This document shows positions 1 to 13,575 of a stretch of 64,000 bases of DNA, one piece after another. Source of the stretch: Epiperipatus broadwayi (lineage: Eukaryota; Animalia; Onychophora); NCBI GenBank assembly GCA_028023455.1, contig JAQFVV010000010.1, positions 3,596,001-3,660,000 of the forward strand. Direction: 5' to 3'. The notes beneath the pieces are model-generated. The model was not told where the DNA came from, did no database searches, and was given only the letters and a program-made list of their open reading frames with translations. Numbering within the stretch: position 1 is the first letter of the stretch; each line of letters begins with the position of its first letter. A program made the translations under genes and the position numbers.

Positions 1-2497
1 ACTGACTATTAGAATAGAAACTGACTTTATTTATTGGAAATAGAAATTCAAATGGGAAATGACAGATAAAACAGGAAGTATGATGCAGAGTGGATAAATA
101 TGTCACTAATACATATAGTTTTGTGTGATGGGGCTACACCAATAATTTATAAACTATGGAAAGTTCCTTTCATGTTTCAAATAAAAAACGAATTAAATGA
201 TGTAATTGTAAAAGGAGTATTAACACTTGTAAAGAGTGTAAAATGGGCCCTGCCAATAAGTGGTAATAGCTAAGTCAAATGAACAAATTTGTATCTGCTG
301 TTATTATTAAATTATGATAAATAAAAACATTCCAAAGTGTTAATATTCAATGCTGAATGTTAAAGAGATATTGTCTATCATGGAAAAAACAATGCTTTAA
401 ACAAAAATTAACTTTGAAAGCAGCTTTCCATCAAATTGTATTCTCTAAAAAGACTTTGTAATTCTTAATTTATCATGCATTGTTGTTTGCTTAATTATAA
501 TAGATTGCTTTATAGAATTATGGTGACTCGTACCAGCTTTCAATCCAAAATGGACCTTGTCCAGCAAATGGATGGAGTAATGCTATATTGTGATGATATT
601 TTAATAATAGTAGCAAACTTTGGAGAAAATTTGCATCGATGACTTAAACATTTTTGACAACCTTACAAAGTTCAGAACAAGAATAAATATCAATAAAGTT
701 TTGGGAATGTGTAAAGGGAAGAAACATGATTCATAAAAAAATGTTGCTTTTAAAGATACCCCAAGGTCTAAAAAATGTGAAAAAATTACAGGCCTTTCTG
801 TATCTATTGAATTATTTCAAAATATTTTTAAAAGGTAAAGCTCATATGGCCTGACTATTGTATAATTTACTTAAAAAAAAAGATCAGAAATGAAATTGGG
901 GAGAAAGGGTTTTGTTATCATCAAATAGGTTTATTGATGCATTATGACAATAGTCTTGAATTAAGTCTCATTACTAATGCTTCTGAATTTGGTGTGTGAT
1001 TTTAATTTTATGTAGTGGCAGGTGGCAAACAACCAATAGGATTTGCATTGAGAATATTATTTAACATTGAGGAAAATTACAATCCATTAGATAAAGTGTT
1101 TGAAGCCAAAAAGTTTCACTAATGTTTGTATAGTGATCACGTAAACTTGTTATGATCACAAGTCATTATTACGAATCTTAACCAAAAACAAAACAGTAGC
1201 ATATCATTTAAAAATCAGAATGCTTTCAGTGATTGAATTTATTATCAGAACTATAACTTTGAAATAACTTTAAAAAATAGGTGTATGAAAAGTATGCCGA
1301 TGCAATTATGAGATACCAAATAAGTCAGAATCATGATTATCTGAAACAACTATAAACTATATAGATAAATACAGACATAGTAAGAAGTCATAATGTAGCA
1401 GGATAGACAAAGACCAATAAGGAATATAAAATGTTAGTTACATGAATGAACAAAGGTTGGTCTAGCCAACACTCTGAAGTATTCTACAAGTAAATTGTCC
1501 AGCAATAAAAGATTTATCTTAGTAGCTGCTATAGTACTAATACTGTGTATAGGATGGAAGCATTGCAATTGATACATCCAAGGTCATCCTGGTGCTGTTT
1601 AACAAACACACTTGTTTTATAATTTGTTATAATTGATTACTATACAAGAAATTCAAATCTACTGCCTTGTATAGCATGATACTCTGCTGTAAATAAAAAT
1701 ATTGAAGGGTTAATAAAAAATTATAACAAATGCCAAATGATAGCTAATGTACTAATGAAAAAATATAGTTTGCCCAACAGTTACAAAGCCATACAGTCAC
1801 AGGCATATTGGTTATTTTAGACATTTTAAAGGGCATGCATTCTTAATATTAAAATGCTTATTTAAAATGGATAGAATGTAAGATGATTAAGAATATGTGT
1901 TCAGAGGACATAATCTCAAAAGTCAAGGAGATCTGAGCAATTTCCTGAGACTTTAATATGAAATAATGGCACAAATTTTATCCTCAGAAAACTGAAGCAA
2001 GAATTGGGAATTAGGCTCCTTGCTATACCTCCCAAACATCTGCAATTAAATGACATTACAGAAAAATTATATTACTAAAAGAGAGGACTGCAAATATACA
2101 AAAAAATTATGTTGTAGCCCTACTATTACAACACATTACATCTTCTACTACTACTGAAAAATTTCTGACTGAGATAATGTTTGGGAGAAAAATTTGAACA
2201 AAGCTTTAGTTAATTGTCTAGAAAATAACATTGCCATGGATATCAACTATACCAAAAATCTATATATGGTCAGAGAATGTGTGGATGATATGTTATAGGC
2301 AAGTATTGAATGAAAAATATAATGAACACCGATCTAAACTTGTAGTTATTAAGACCAAAATGGCCCAAATGACTAAAAAATATATAAACTATATTCAATG
2401 ATAAGGAAAAGAAATTGATCAAGAAAAAATAAATGGAAATTAATGTAGTGATAAAATTTAATGTTCAATCACCAAACCCTAGCAAGTGGGGGGGGAT
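1..2497 (+). mobile_element. Decayed Ty3/Gypsy (Mag/K02A2.6-like) LTR retrotransposon pol: RT, RNase H and integrase relics
   Basis: Frameshifted motifs in pol order: W.LP...K.N.QIC (~240-300), AFHQI (~421-440), LYCDDIL (~584-604), KNVKKLQAFL.LLNYF (~770-820), TNASEFGV and QPIGFA (~972-1050), GHPG (~1582), HIGYF..FKG (~1803-1830), H.Q.N (~2037). Purine tract GGGGGGGATAAGAT precedes TGTAG at ~2500. Confidence 0.85.
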
Positions 2498-3589
2498 AAG
2501 ATTGTAGATATCAAAAATGATCATAGTGATAAAAACAGTAGCATTGATGGTAATTCTCTGCAATTTCTCAGGTTACATAAAAGCAGAAAAAGAACAGTTT
2601 AACTTAATGGGTATGGCTAAATTTCTGAAGATTGTATGCCAGTGATCACACTCATATGTAATAATGAATTAAATAATGAGATTAATATATATTGATATTT
2701 TGTGAATTAAAAAATATTATATCTGTATAGTGAATTAGGAAACAGGAAATTTTAGAGACTCTAATTAATTGTTATTTAATTATCAAAAAGCAGATAATTA
2801 AATACTTGATGTTAATTAAATCATTAATATATTATAAATTCCTTAAGAATGTAAAAACAACTTAAATGAATTATATCTGGAAATTATAGAAGAAAATAAA
2901 AAGTGTAACTGGAAAAATATAAAAACATTTAGCATTGCCAAATAAGGCATAAGATTTGAATGTGATGAAAATGGAGTTTAAACAGTGATATTTGCCACTA
3001 AAAGTCTCAAAGTGAGCATAGGGATGTAAGTAGACCATTTTGATCTTATTATTATTTATTAAGTGCAAAAGATTATGTTTTATTGCATCTTTAGTTATTG
3101 TATATATATATGTTTCTTAGTATAATTTGTTAGTACCAATAAACATCAGTTAAGATTTAGCCTTTGTTTTAATAATTTTTTTCTTATCTATATGTGTGAT
3201 CACAATCCTCATGACTGCAGTTTTTATTCTATAAGTTTTATCTATTATATTTTAATTTATTTTACTTCATTTTTCTGTGCTTTTTTAGTTTTATAATTTT
3301 TTTAAAATGTATTTATATATTTATTACATATTTTTTCTAAAATAGTATTTTATAATAATTAGCTTCTTGCAGGATAAAGGCTCTTCAATAGTCCCTCTTG
3401 GATGAACAGTGAAGAAAGCAGTATTATTATGCTTGATAGTTTCTGAATGGTGAGAGAGTTGAACATTTTTCCATTTTTACTTTCTAACAAGCATAGTTAG
3501 ATACCCATTTTCTGACTAATGTTGAGTGATTAGCTAGATTGGTTATTGGCTATTTACCTTTGAGAAAAGTTTAAATTTTTTTAATTTGG

Positions 3590-3656
3590 TTTAGATTTGA
3601 ATCTCAGGTAATAGGTATAGTAGACAGATGTATTGCCTCTGCACAATGAGATTCTT
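3590..3656 (-). mobile_element. Possible degenerate tRNA-derived SINE head
   Basis: Minus strand reads TGTGCAGAGG (A-box-like) ... GAGATTCAAATC (B-box-like) at tRNA-like spacing. No TSD resolved. Confidence 0.35.
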
Positions 3657-5110
3657 CTAAATAATTTTAAAAAGTGCAGTGTTAAGAGATGCCAAAAATG
3701 AATTATTCTAGCCCTGGGCATTCTCTTTTTCAATACTCATTTTAATAGTAACGAATGAAAAAAATTAAATTTAATTGCAGGTAGAACTGGGTACTAAACA
3801 GTTTCAAATTTTGCTTCGATTTTTTGATTTGGGACCAAGTTGTAAATAGATTTTTTTTTTAAGAAGTGATCAAATGAGTCAGAGAAATTGCAGAATACTG
3901 TGTCAAATTAAGTATTAACTGTGGTGTTTGTTAGTCGCATTTGTTCAAATTTCCATTAAGTAAATTACATCAATATTAAATCAATGCTGAACATTCAACT
4001 GTGTGTATATACAGTATTAAAATTTTGTAAACTAAATATTTTATCATAAAAACTTGATTTTGTTTTTACTTCAAATAATAAAAATTTTGCTTATTCTGGA
4101 AAACGTTAAAATGCTTAAAAAATAATTTTCAGTGAAATGTTATTCTTCAGCCTAAAATATATTTTTTGTCAATTTTTTAATAAAAAATATATTTGAAAAT
4201 TTTATTACCATCACTATTGTCAAGTCTTTTTTTTTTTAAAAAAAAAAAAGAGAAAAAGTGAAGAATCTTTTATAGATATTATTTTTAAAAGGATAGTAAT
4301 AGTTTGTGTAAGAAACACTTTCTATGAGAAATGGCTTTGTGAAAATTTAAAATGAGATCATCTATTTTTAATTAATAAAAATTGAAGAATAAGGTTATTT
4401 TTAAATAAGATCTCAATATTAATCAAGTCTGTTAATGATATTTTAGAATTTTTAAGTTGCTTATTATTATTATTATAGTATGAGTATTTATTTGTCTTAT
4501 AATCAAGACAGTTTAATATAGTTTTAAGAAGCAATAGTCCTAATTCATCAAAATCATAAGCTACTATTGTAGTAATTTACTTTTTACAGTAATAATCTTG
4601 AAAATGGTCTTTATTGATATTCTTGATCCATAAATAGGATTTATGATATACAGCAAAATATGGAATTATAACTCCAGAATTACCATATGAAAAAATAAAT
4701 TCTTAAATTTCTTATTTTTTAACTGCTTTATTTTTAGAAGAAAACATTATAAATCTAAATTTTTGTCTTTTGTAATTATGTTAGGCCTCCTTTTTCTCCA
4801 TTTTATAATTAAGTTTTAATTTATTAAAAATAATTTTATTTAAAAAAATAATAAAAGTAAAGCAGTTAATTTTAGCCTAACTTTTAGGAACAACAATTCA
4901 TTTTATTTAAAACTCTAAAGGCATCAATTAATGTGTTTAAGTAATTAATGGATATTAAAAGGTAGTGCTATATTTAGCATCCAGTGTTTATTCAAACTTG
5001 TAATAGATAGTTCTCAAATAGGATAGATAAAAGAATAGTACTGCTTTTAAAAGCATATTAGAATGTAAGAAGAGAAAGTTGTCTAATGTTTTAACTATAA
5101 TTTAAATCTT

Positions 5111-5332
5111 CACATGATCATCATTTTTTATGCTTGCTCATAACTGTTAGTAAAACAGGCAAAACTTTCCACACAGCAGTGCCACTCATTGCAAGCCAGA
5201 GTAATCAATGGATGCCAGAAGGCTTATGAAACTAGTCTGGGGATATTGGATGAGTAGACACTAGATAGGTATTTTATGCACAACTCTTCTGGCATCCATT
5301 GATTATTCTGGCTTGCGCTGAATGGCACTACT
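5111..5332. mobile_element. Hammerhead-repeat family 1, locus A (inverted arms; sense arm starts at GAAACTAGTC, so no catalytic core)
   Basis: Matches the repeat consensus (CACATGATCA...AAAACAGGCAAAACT...GATGCCAGAAGG), then flips to GAAACTAGTCTGGGGATATTGGATGAGT. Confidence 0.85.
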
Positions 5333-6076
5333 ATCATAAAATTAAAATAAATATTTGCAAATAAATAAATAACATGTTAATAAGTTATTTAACAGCAAAT
5401 ATGTTATTTCATCATAAAAATACTTCTTTCTTAATTTATCTTTTTCAGCATAAATATATGTGAATATTAATATACAGTAAGAAACTTAACATATGCTTTT
5501 AAAACTGTATTGGAATTAAATATATAAATATCACATCACCTACCATTAATTTGAAATTTTATATCTCACAAAATTCTTGTACTGCTAGAAAATTTGATAT
5601 TTAGGTTATATGGGTATATGGATTTAAAAGTGAGGGTAGGAGTTAGAAATAATAAAAAATTGATTGAGTTTTTGACAAGATTAAGTAAATAAAATCATAT
5701 TAAAACTTTGCATTAGATATTTCCTTCATATAATACATTTAAATAATTTTAATTAAATATATATATATATATCAGTTTTTAATATTTTCTTTAAAAACTT
5801 TCTCCATTTACTAAAATGAAGAGTATATAAATAACTTTATATAGTCAGATAAATTAGATTATTGAATGAACTAATTAGGGAATTTGAAAAATAAAATAAC
5901 TATGCAAAAATATTTGGACAATAATATCTTTTGTTTGGCAAATTAAAAAATATTTTTAAGGAAAACTCATAAAAAAAGAAATTAAATTATTTAAATGTCA
6001 ATACACTTAGAGTATTTAAGTTAATACTAAGTTAAATTAAGAAGGCAGCTAAGATAAGTAGTCCCATAGTCTAAAT

Positions 6077-9000
6077 CAGTAGTCTTCAACCCCTGGTCTG
6101 TGGACCAGAACTGGGCCGCAGAAGTTTTTTGCCAGTCTGCACTAGACTGATAAGAAAGTTTGTAATAACAAAATAATAAGATTTTTAACTTTTAATTAAT
6201 ATAAACAATTTTTATTTATTTTTTCATCGCATTTTTACCCGATTAAAAAAAAACACACAAAACAAAAACAAAATCTAATCAATCATACATAAATTAATTT
6301 GTTTTTCTATTTATCACAGATGTTTTTGGAGCAGGGGTAGAATTAAATTTTTTATTATTTTTTTAAAAAAAATTAAAAATTAAAAAAAAAAAGTTTTTTA
6401 TTATACAAACTCCGGTTGTCTTTTGATAGTCAATCACGGCCGCTTGTCGGCATTGTTTATGTGTTAAAACAATAAAATGTAACGTTACCGGGCCACGATT
6501 TTAAAAATACTATGACTTTTTTTTGATCTCTTAAATTTTTTCTACTCCATCTTTTAATATTTCATTTTTAGTGTTTTTTTTTTTTTTTTTGGCTTTAACT
6601 TTTATTTTTGAAATCAATTTTTATTATCCTTTTTTAATAATAAAAACCAAAAAATAACTTCTGTCTCTAACTTTTACAACATATTTCTCAATACACCCTC
6701 CCCCCCCACCCCAAAATAAAGTAATATCAAAACTTTTGACTTTTTCAAGTTTCAGGGGTTTTTTTTGTTTAAAAATATGGCCACTTTTTTTTTGGCCTAT
6801 AAGGCGATATCTTTTTTGCCTTTATTTGTATACCACTGATATACTAAAACTTTTATTTTTAAAACCAATTTTTATTATCTTTTTTTAAAAATAAAAACAA
6901 ACCAAAAATAACTTTTTTCTCTATCTTTTGTCTCAGTAAAGACAAAGTATTTCTCAACCCATTCCCCCCAAAAAAATTAAAATTAGATCTTTTATGACTT
7001 AAACTTTTATTTTTGAAATCAATTTTTATCACCTTTTTTTAAAAGGAAAAACAACCAAAAAATTTCTGTCTCTAACTTTTACAAAGTATTTCTCAATCCA
7101 CCCTCCACTCCCAAATTAAAACAAAATCAAAACTTTTGATTTTTTCAACTTTCGTTTTCTTTTTTTTTTTTGTTTAAAAATACGCCCACTTTTTTTTGGC
7201 CTATAAGGCGATATTTTTTTTGGCTTTATTTGTATACCGCTAATATACTAAAACTTTTATTTTTAAAACCAATTTCTGTTACCATTTTTTTTAAATAAAA
7301 ACAAACAAGAAATAACTTTAGTTTCTATCTTTTGTCTCAGTGAAGACAAAGTATTTTTCAACCCACTCCCCTCCCCCCCCCCAAAAAAAAAAATTAAAAT
7401 AAATTCAAAACTTTATTACACTATGTCTATTTTGCCATTTTTAAAAAAAAAATTCCTATTAATTACATTTTTTGATCCTTTCAACACTCCAGCACAAAAA
7501 AAATTATAACAACATCAAAACTTCAGACTTTTACATGTTTCGTTTTATTTTTTCAGATTTGAAATACAGCAACTTTTTTTTTTGGCTATACGGTGATTTT
7601 AATTACGTGATTTCTATTTTGCCCTTACTACTATCAAAAGATATATTATAATGGTCCGCAAGAAAGAAGTCTTAACATATCTGCGCTACAGGGCGCCACT
7701 AGGCATTTGAACCTAGAAAATTTATATAGTAGGCAGATACGTAAGTTTAAAAAAAAATTTTTTTTTATTTTATCTATTTTGATTGACCGTTAGCCCAATG
7801 TCACTAGCTCAATGGAACAGCAGAATTTATATTTTATAAATTCTTATCTAAAAAATTTTTAAAAAAAAAAAAAAAGAATAAAATAAGCCATTGCCAGTAA
7901 TTAACACACAAACATTTATTTACACATATATAAGATTTAAAATTATTTTTTAATAACTTTTACTTTGGATTTTAACTTACATTTTAACTTGGTTTTTAGA
8001 ATTTAATTTACGTTTTAGCTCTTATAAGTTCACACAGATGAGTTTAATAAAAGTTTGTTTTAAAATGTTGAGTATAGATTGGCTACATAGATTACACGGT
8101 CAAAAACATTTCAAAATAAACATAAACGATCAAAATATAAAGTCATTGATGGAATTGCAGAGGGAAATTTACAAGAAACCCAATGGCATTCATCATAAGA
8201 TGCCGCATTGACACCAATAACTTAAAAGACATCCGAATAAATACATTTTAGATACTCACTGTAAGGTATCATTATTTACCGAATGTCTATATATTTTGAT
8301 CAAATATGAAAACCAACCGTAAACGAATATATGCAAGCATCTATACCCAACTTAAATTTAATGCATTTAGATAATTTTTACAATATTAATAAAAAAAAAA
8401 AAAAATAAAAATGGAAATGCATTCAATAAAATAATAAATAATTTAGTCAGATAGGAAATTCTTCTATTTAGAATATTGAAAAGTTTAGCATTTTTAGAGT
8501 TCTTTTTGTTTAGAAATGTTCATTAATTATATATTTCTTACGTTTAGAAAAGTTCATTTTTAAACCGTTGCCATTTGGATATAATTGTCCTGATATCCTG
8601 GGGAGACCGGTATGCTGTTGGCCATTTTATTGATTCATCCGGAGGTCTTTTACTTTAGCTGGTCCTCAGTGTAGAAACAATTGGTCATTTCTCTTTCCCT
8701 TTTAGCAGAACTGAAGGGATTGAAGAGTGCATCTTTTCAATCCCTTCTCCTTCAACTCCACATTAACACATATCACCATTGCTATCACACATCTCTCCTT
8801 TAATTCTCCTTCACTCACTTTTTATGGTAGACTATTGGATCCAGTGGACATTACGTCATGATGATGGTGATGGTCTTTTCGCTGAGGTCTGATTCCATGA
8901 GTGATTTCTTTTATTGGCCATTCTGATCCCATTGTTTTTCTCTCCTATCTGACTTTTGCTTATACATTTTAAATGCCCAAGGGCTAGTTTACATTTAACT

Positions 9001-9715
9001 AATTAAAATAATCATTTCCATTTTATGATTAATTAATGTGTTTTCCAAACTTAAAGATATATTTTTATCTCTAAATCTTTTTAAGTTTTTGTTGAAAATT
9101 TAGTTTTAAAACTTTTTCTTTTTTTTAATAAAGTTTCTTTTTTAATTTCTCATCTGTGAGATTTTATATATATTATAAAGTTTAGATGACTTTTTTAAAT
9201 TTCTTTTTTTTTAAAAAAAAAAAACAAATTTTTATTTGCGAATTTTATATTTTGATTTCATGTTTAATAAAAAAAATAATGTAATGGTGTATGTGCCCGT
9301 TACAATATATACAACTTCATCTTGTATATTTAACATTAGATACAGATATTACATTTATCATAATCATTATCATGTAATTACACTAGCTGTGATATTTCCC
9401 AACATTCAGTTGAATAACATTTTATTTTTGCATGTTTTAACAGTGAAATAATAAACATAGAAATGCAAGCACATTAATGAGAATGATTGTTATTGTACTG
9501 TTTTCTGGAGCAGTATGACTGCGCAACTCGAGAAAGAGTGTTCAGCATGTGAAAGTAAACAAACACCACTACAGTACACAATAACTAGTGTGATGTTTTG
9601 GTCAGTTATAACAATTATGCTCATCTAAGGCTAAGCAGGTTACATCTTTAAGAAAATTTATCTGTAAACTTCTGCCAGTCCGTGCAATCTTATTCTTATT
9701 TTTGCCGGTCTGCAG
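6077..9715. mobile_element. Non-autonomous hAT (Charlie/Buster-like) element, ~3.6 kb, with internal tandem duplication
   Basis: Left end CAGTAGTCTTCAACCCC..GGTCTGTGGACC; right subterminal TTTTGCCGGTCTGCAG (terminal TIR apparently deleted). Identical 8-bp flanks GTCTAAAT at 6069-6076 and 9716-9723. Confidence 0.7.
6595..7400. repeat. Two-copy tandem repeat, ~405-bp period, each unit made of two related subunits
   Basis: GGCCTATAAGGCGATAT at ~6793 and ~7198; CTGTCTCTAACTTTTACAA and CTATCTTTTGTCTCAGT.AAGACAAAGTA each recur at the same spacing. Confidence 0.85.
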
Positions 9716-12700
9716 GTCTAAATAGTCATTAAACTAATGCCATGACTAACTGAAGCATTTAAAGTGGATTTCTATGCTTAGATCATAGTTATTCTACCAT
9801 TATGCTTTTACATAAGAATACACTGGAAAAAGAACCTTTAAAACTCAAGGGCAATCAATTATTTATACTAGAAAGATATTAGATTCCTGCTGAAAAATAA
9901 TTGAACTATATTAAAAGAGAACACTAAAAAGTCTATAGCATAGGAAATAAATAAAAATCTTTTTGAACAATTTGCCAGTTTATTCAGATAAATCTGTCAT
10001 TACAATATTTATATTTGTAATGCAAGTTCATTTAAATCTGATATTTTAATATTTAATTTAAAAATAATCATTTTCTAGTAATTATAGTGAAATTGCGATA
10101 TTTGCCGTATCAAGATGTGCCAATTCCACTATTTTCTATCCTCCCCTATAAACTACTTCCATATTATGTTTTTTTTCTGACTTGTATTAATAAATTCTCA
10201 CATTGTATTAATTTATATTTCCTATTGATAATGTTGGGAGGGGGGGGGTCTCGTTTAAATTAAGCTGAAACAAACGAATAAAAAAAATTGCTTCCAGCAC
10301 TTAAAAAATTTTTAAATAATGATTACTGTATAATATTTTTATGAATTTAGCCAGCTAAATGTATCATGCAATAAATAGAAAATTAAAGTTATCAATAAAA
10401 ACTTTCACACACACAAAAAAACAAGCCTCTAAAACCATTTTGATTTTGAATACAAATAGATTCTCTATTTTTTATACTATTTAACTATAACATGTAGGTG
10501 TATTTACACATATATATATATGTTAAAATATTTATACTCCTATATATGCGTGTGTTCATTGTAAATATTTTATGTAGATTTTAATATTTGCCTATTATAG
10601 CCATTGTTTGTTTGTTTTTATGAAATGTGAATTTTTTTTTGTCATGGAGAAAATATAAGGAACACTTATGACTTATCTGTGTCACCAGTTTTGTGATTCC
10701 TCTAGTGTCAAAAATGTTCTAGAGAATCTACTAAGATGGTGCCACTTACCCTCCTATACATAATTGTGAATAAACAAAGTATGAGCTATTATCTGTTACA
10801 CATGATGTCCACTAGAGGGTCTTGGAACAAAATATAGTGGATTTTTTCTTATTAGATATTTTTATATGTTGAGATTTATCTATGCAAAATGAAGTTGTTA
10901 AAAAGTTTTAAAAGAAGATTATTTTATAATTGTAATTAAGATATTTAAGTTTTAGTGTAGTAAATATTTAATAAAAGAATATCATGCATTTATTTAAATA
11001 AAATCATTTCAAAAAGAATCATTTTGTATTCAATTATTTAAACATACAAACAAAAGAATGAAAATAAAAAGAAGAAATGTAAATCCCAAAATCCTATGTA
11101 AACGTGATGCTTCTCACAACTTCATCAGAATTGTTTTTTTAATCTAAATTATTGCTTGAATCCTAATCTACTTAATTACATTTTTTAAACTATTAATTAT
11201 GTTTTTGTTATTGTGTGTGTTTATTAATTATTTCTTATGAATCTCTGTTAAGTATTGATTTATTGAACTTACATTGTATTATCTGAAACTTTTGTTCTAA
11301 CTGAGTTAACTTTTAACATATGTATGAAAAGGAATATTTAGAGGAATTGATAGACATAATATCTTTTTTAGATTAATCAAGAAGAAAGGGATTTTCTCCT
11401 GAGAATTTGAATACTATTCTAATTTAAATTATTATTTGATTAATAATGTCACTGATATTTCATGTAGCAAACACATACTATATATATTGAAGTTGTACAT
11501 GTGGACTAGTTAAAAACTGCAAGTCCAACCACAGTGAATATGTTTTAAACTAAATGATGACAAAGGCACAAATAATTATATAATAGGAAGTAGTTGTAGA
11601 TTAAAATTGCTTAAAAGGCAACGAAAGAATAATAGGAAGTTTAAACTGTTATTTTGTTTGGTTTTGTTAAAATAGTTTTGACAAAATTATAATCTTAATG
11701 TATAAACCAAAAAGATTGTATTGATAGATAAATGTGAATTCCAAAGATATAGATTCCATCGGGAAAGGAATTTAATTTTGAAAATCAATTAAAGAAATAT
11801 TAATTAAAATGTAAGATAACGGGAAACTAAACAATTGTCATTGGTCACTATTAATTAGTAAATGGAATGTAGAAAAACAATTAAGAAGGGTATAAATAAA
11901 GAACTTTTCTTTTGTTCTCTCTCTTACCCTTGCTGAAACTCTTGTTAAAGACATCTTATGTTTAAAACAAAATTTTTGCTGAAGAAAATCTTTGCAGAAA
12001 AATCTTAACTGAAGATTGCCATGAAGCCTCTGCTACACCTTACTTTGAACTGTCGTCCATGGTGTTTTACTTATCTGAAACTTTTTTTGAAAAGCATGGT
12101 GCTGTAAAAATGCATGAGTAGATCTTTTTGTCTCCACTCTTCCTTCCATCCTTTGGCCAGAGTTGGAACAATGTAGCCAGCTGGAGAATGTGGAAGAATT
12201 ATTTGACTGATGCCTGCTACCTACCCGTGCATGTTTATCAATTGTTTTTTTTATTGACATCTATTAGCATTGATTGATTAAATAACTCATTATATTGTTT
12301 TAGCTGAATTGTTTGCTCTATTTGAATTAGTTTTCAAAATATAAATAAAAGAGAATATTTAGGAAATTTGATACTCATGGTTCCTCCTTTAGATTACTCA
12401 AAAAAGAAACAAACATCCTGGGAATCTGAATAATGGCTTGTTTCTAGTTTGAAGAATTTCTGACTAATAATGTCATAGGTATTTCATGCAAAGTAAGTAT
12501 ATGTCACAAATATATTAACTCTTCTCTCATTAGGACTCTAGAAATATAATTAATTCATCTTTTTTTTTTCATTATTTAAATCAATATTTTTTTTTGTTTT
12601 TGAATGATAATTATTATTGATATATGATCAGATCACTATTCAATCATCCTCATGGAAAGTTTCAGTCACATATAAATGGATAGTCAAGTATGAAGTCTGA

Positions 12701-12894
12701 ATGGCTGACCAATTAATCATTTCCTATCATGTGATCATTATTTTCATTAATATTCTGGAATAATAATGTTTTTTTTTTAATTATGATTTTTATTTATATA
12801 ATATACAGTATACATGATATCTTCTAGAAATGGTTCACAATCTCCAACAAGATAATGAAGATTATGAACATTAGCAATGCTATGATTACAATAT

Positions 12895-13305
12895 TGTACA
12901 GTATTAAACAAGGCAAAACTGTCTATACAGTAGTGCCACCCTGTGCCAACCAGAGTAATCAATGGATACCAGAAGGCTTGTGCATAAAATCCCTATCTAG
13001 TGCCTACTCATCCAATATCACCAGACTAGTTTCTGGCTTGTGGCCTTTATCAGTGAGGAGCCTTAGATCTGAGAGCACTGCATCTAGATCTTAGGATCCA
13101 AGGCTCCTCACTAACAAAGGCCACAAGCCAGAAACTAGTCTGGGGATAATGGATGAGTAAGCACTAGATAGGGATTTTATGAATAAGCCTTCTGGCATCC
13201 ATTGATTACTCTGGTTGGCACAGTGTGGCACTACTGTATGGAGAGTTTTGCCTTGGTTAATAACAATTATGTGCTAGTATAAGAGATGGTGATCATGTTA
13301 TGTAT
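12895..13305. mobile_element. Hammerhead-repeat family 1, locus B (divergent inverted arms; hammerheads at 13018-13059 minus and 13105-13146 plus, both cores mutated)
   Basis: Arms are reverse complements about ~13080. Cores read CTGATAA and CTAACAA; stem II/III (AGGCCACAAGCCA GAAACTAGTC) intact. Confidence 0.9.
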
Positions 13306-13475
13306 TGGACAATATTCTTTATTTTATATGTGCAATACATTTCTACAGATATGCATATGTGGAACTCAGATGCCTTTTATCATTTATATATATTTGATAA
13401 AACATAGATTTGAAAATTATTGTATTCGTACATATTAAGATTATCCATGAAAATGTATTTAAAAAGTAGAATAAT

Positions 13476-13575
13476 GTCAAGCATTGGTGGTCAAGAGGTC
13501 AGTGACAGATGCTTTACAAGCAGTTGTCCCAGGTTAGTGAGTTTGCTTCCCAGCTGATGCTATGACACATGAGAA
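13476..13575 (+). mobile_element. tRNA-derived SINE (same family as 58229-58335)
   Basis: Starts GTCAAG, has TGGTCAAGAGGTC (A-box-like), ends GATGCTATGACA + A-run; flanked by near-identical AAAAA(G)TAGAATAAT. Confidence 0.7.

Noticed and set aside
11100-12450. Possible LINE RT relic on the minus strand (YIFGIHI resembling YLGI)
   Set aside because: One weak motif and no ordered series of RT motifs.
12777-13094. Track ORFs 12855-13094, 12777-12962 and 43842-44081 as a small protein family
   Set aside because: They are chance frames through the hammerhead repeat and are broken in the other copies.
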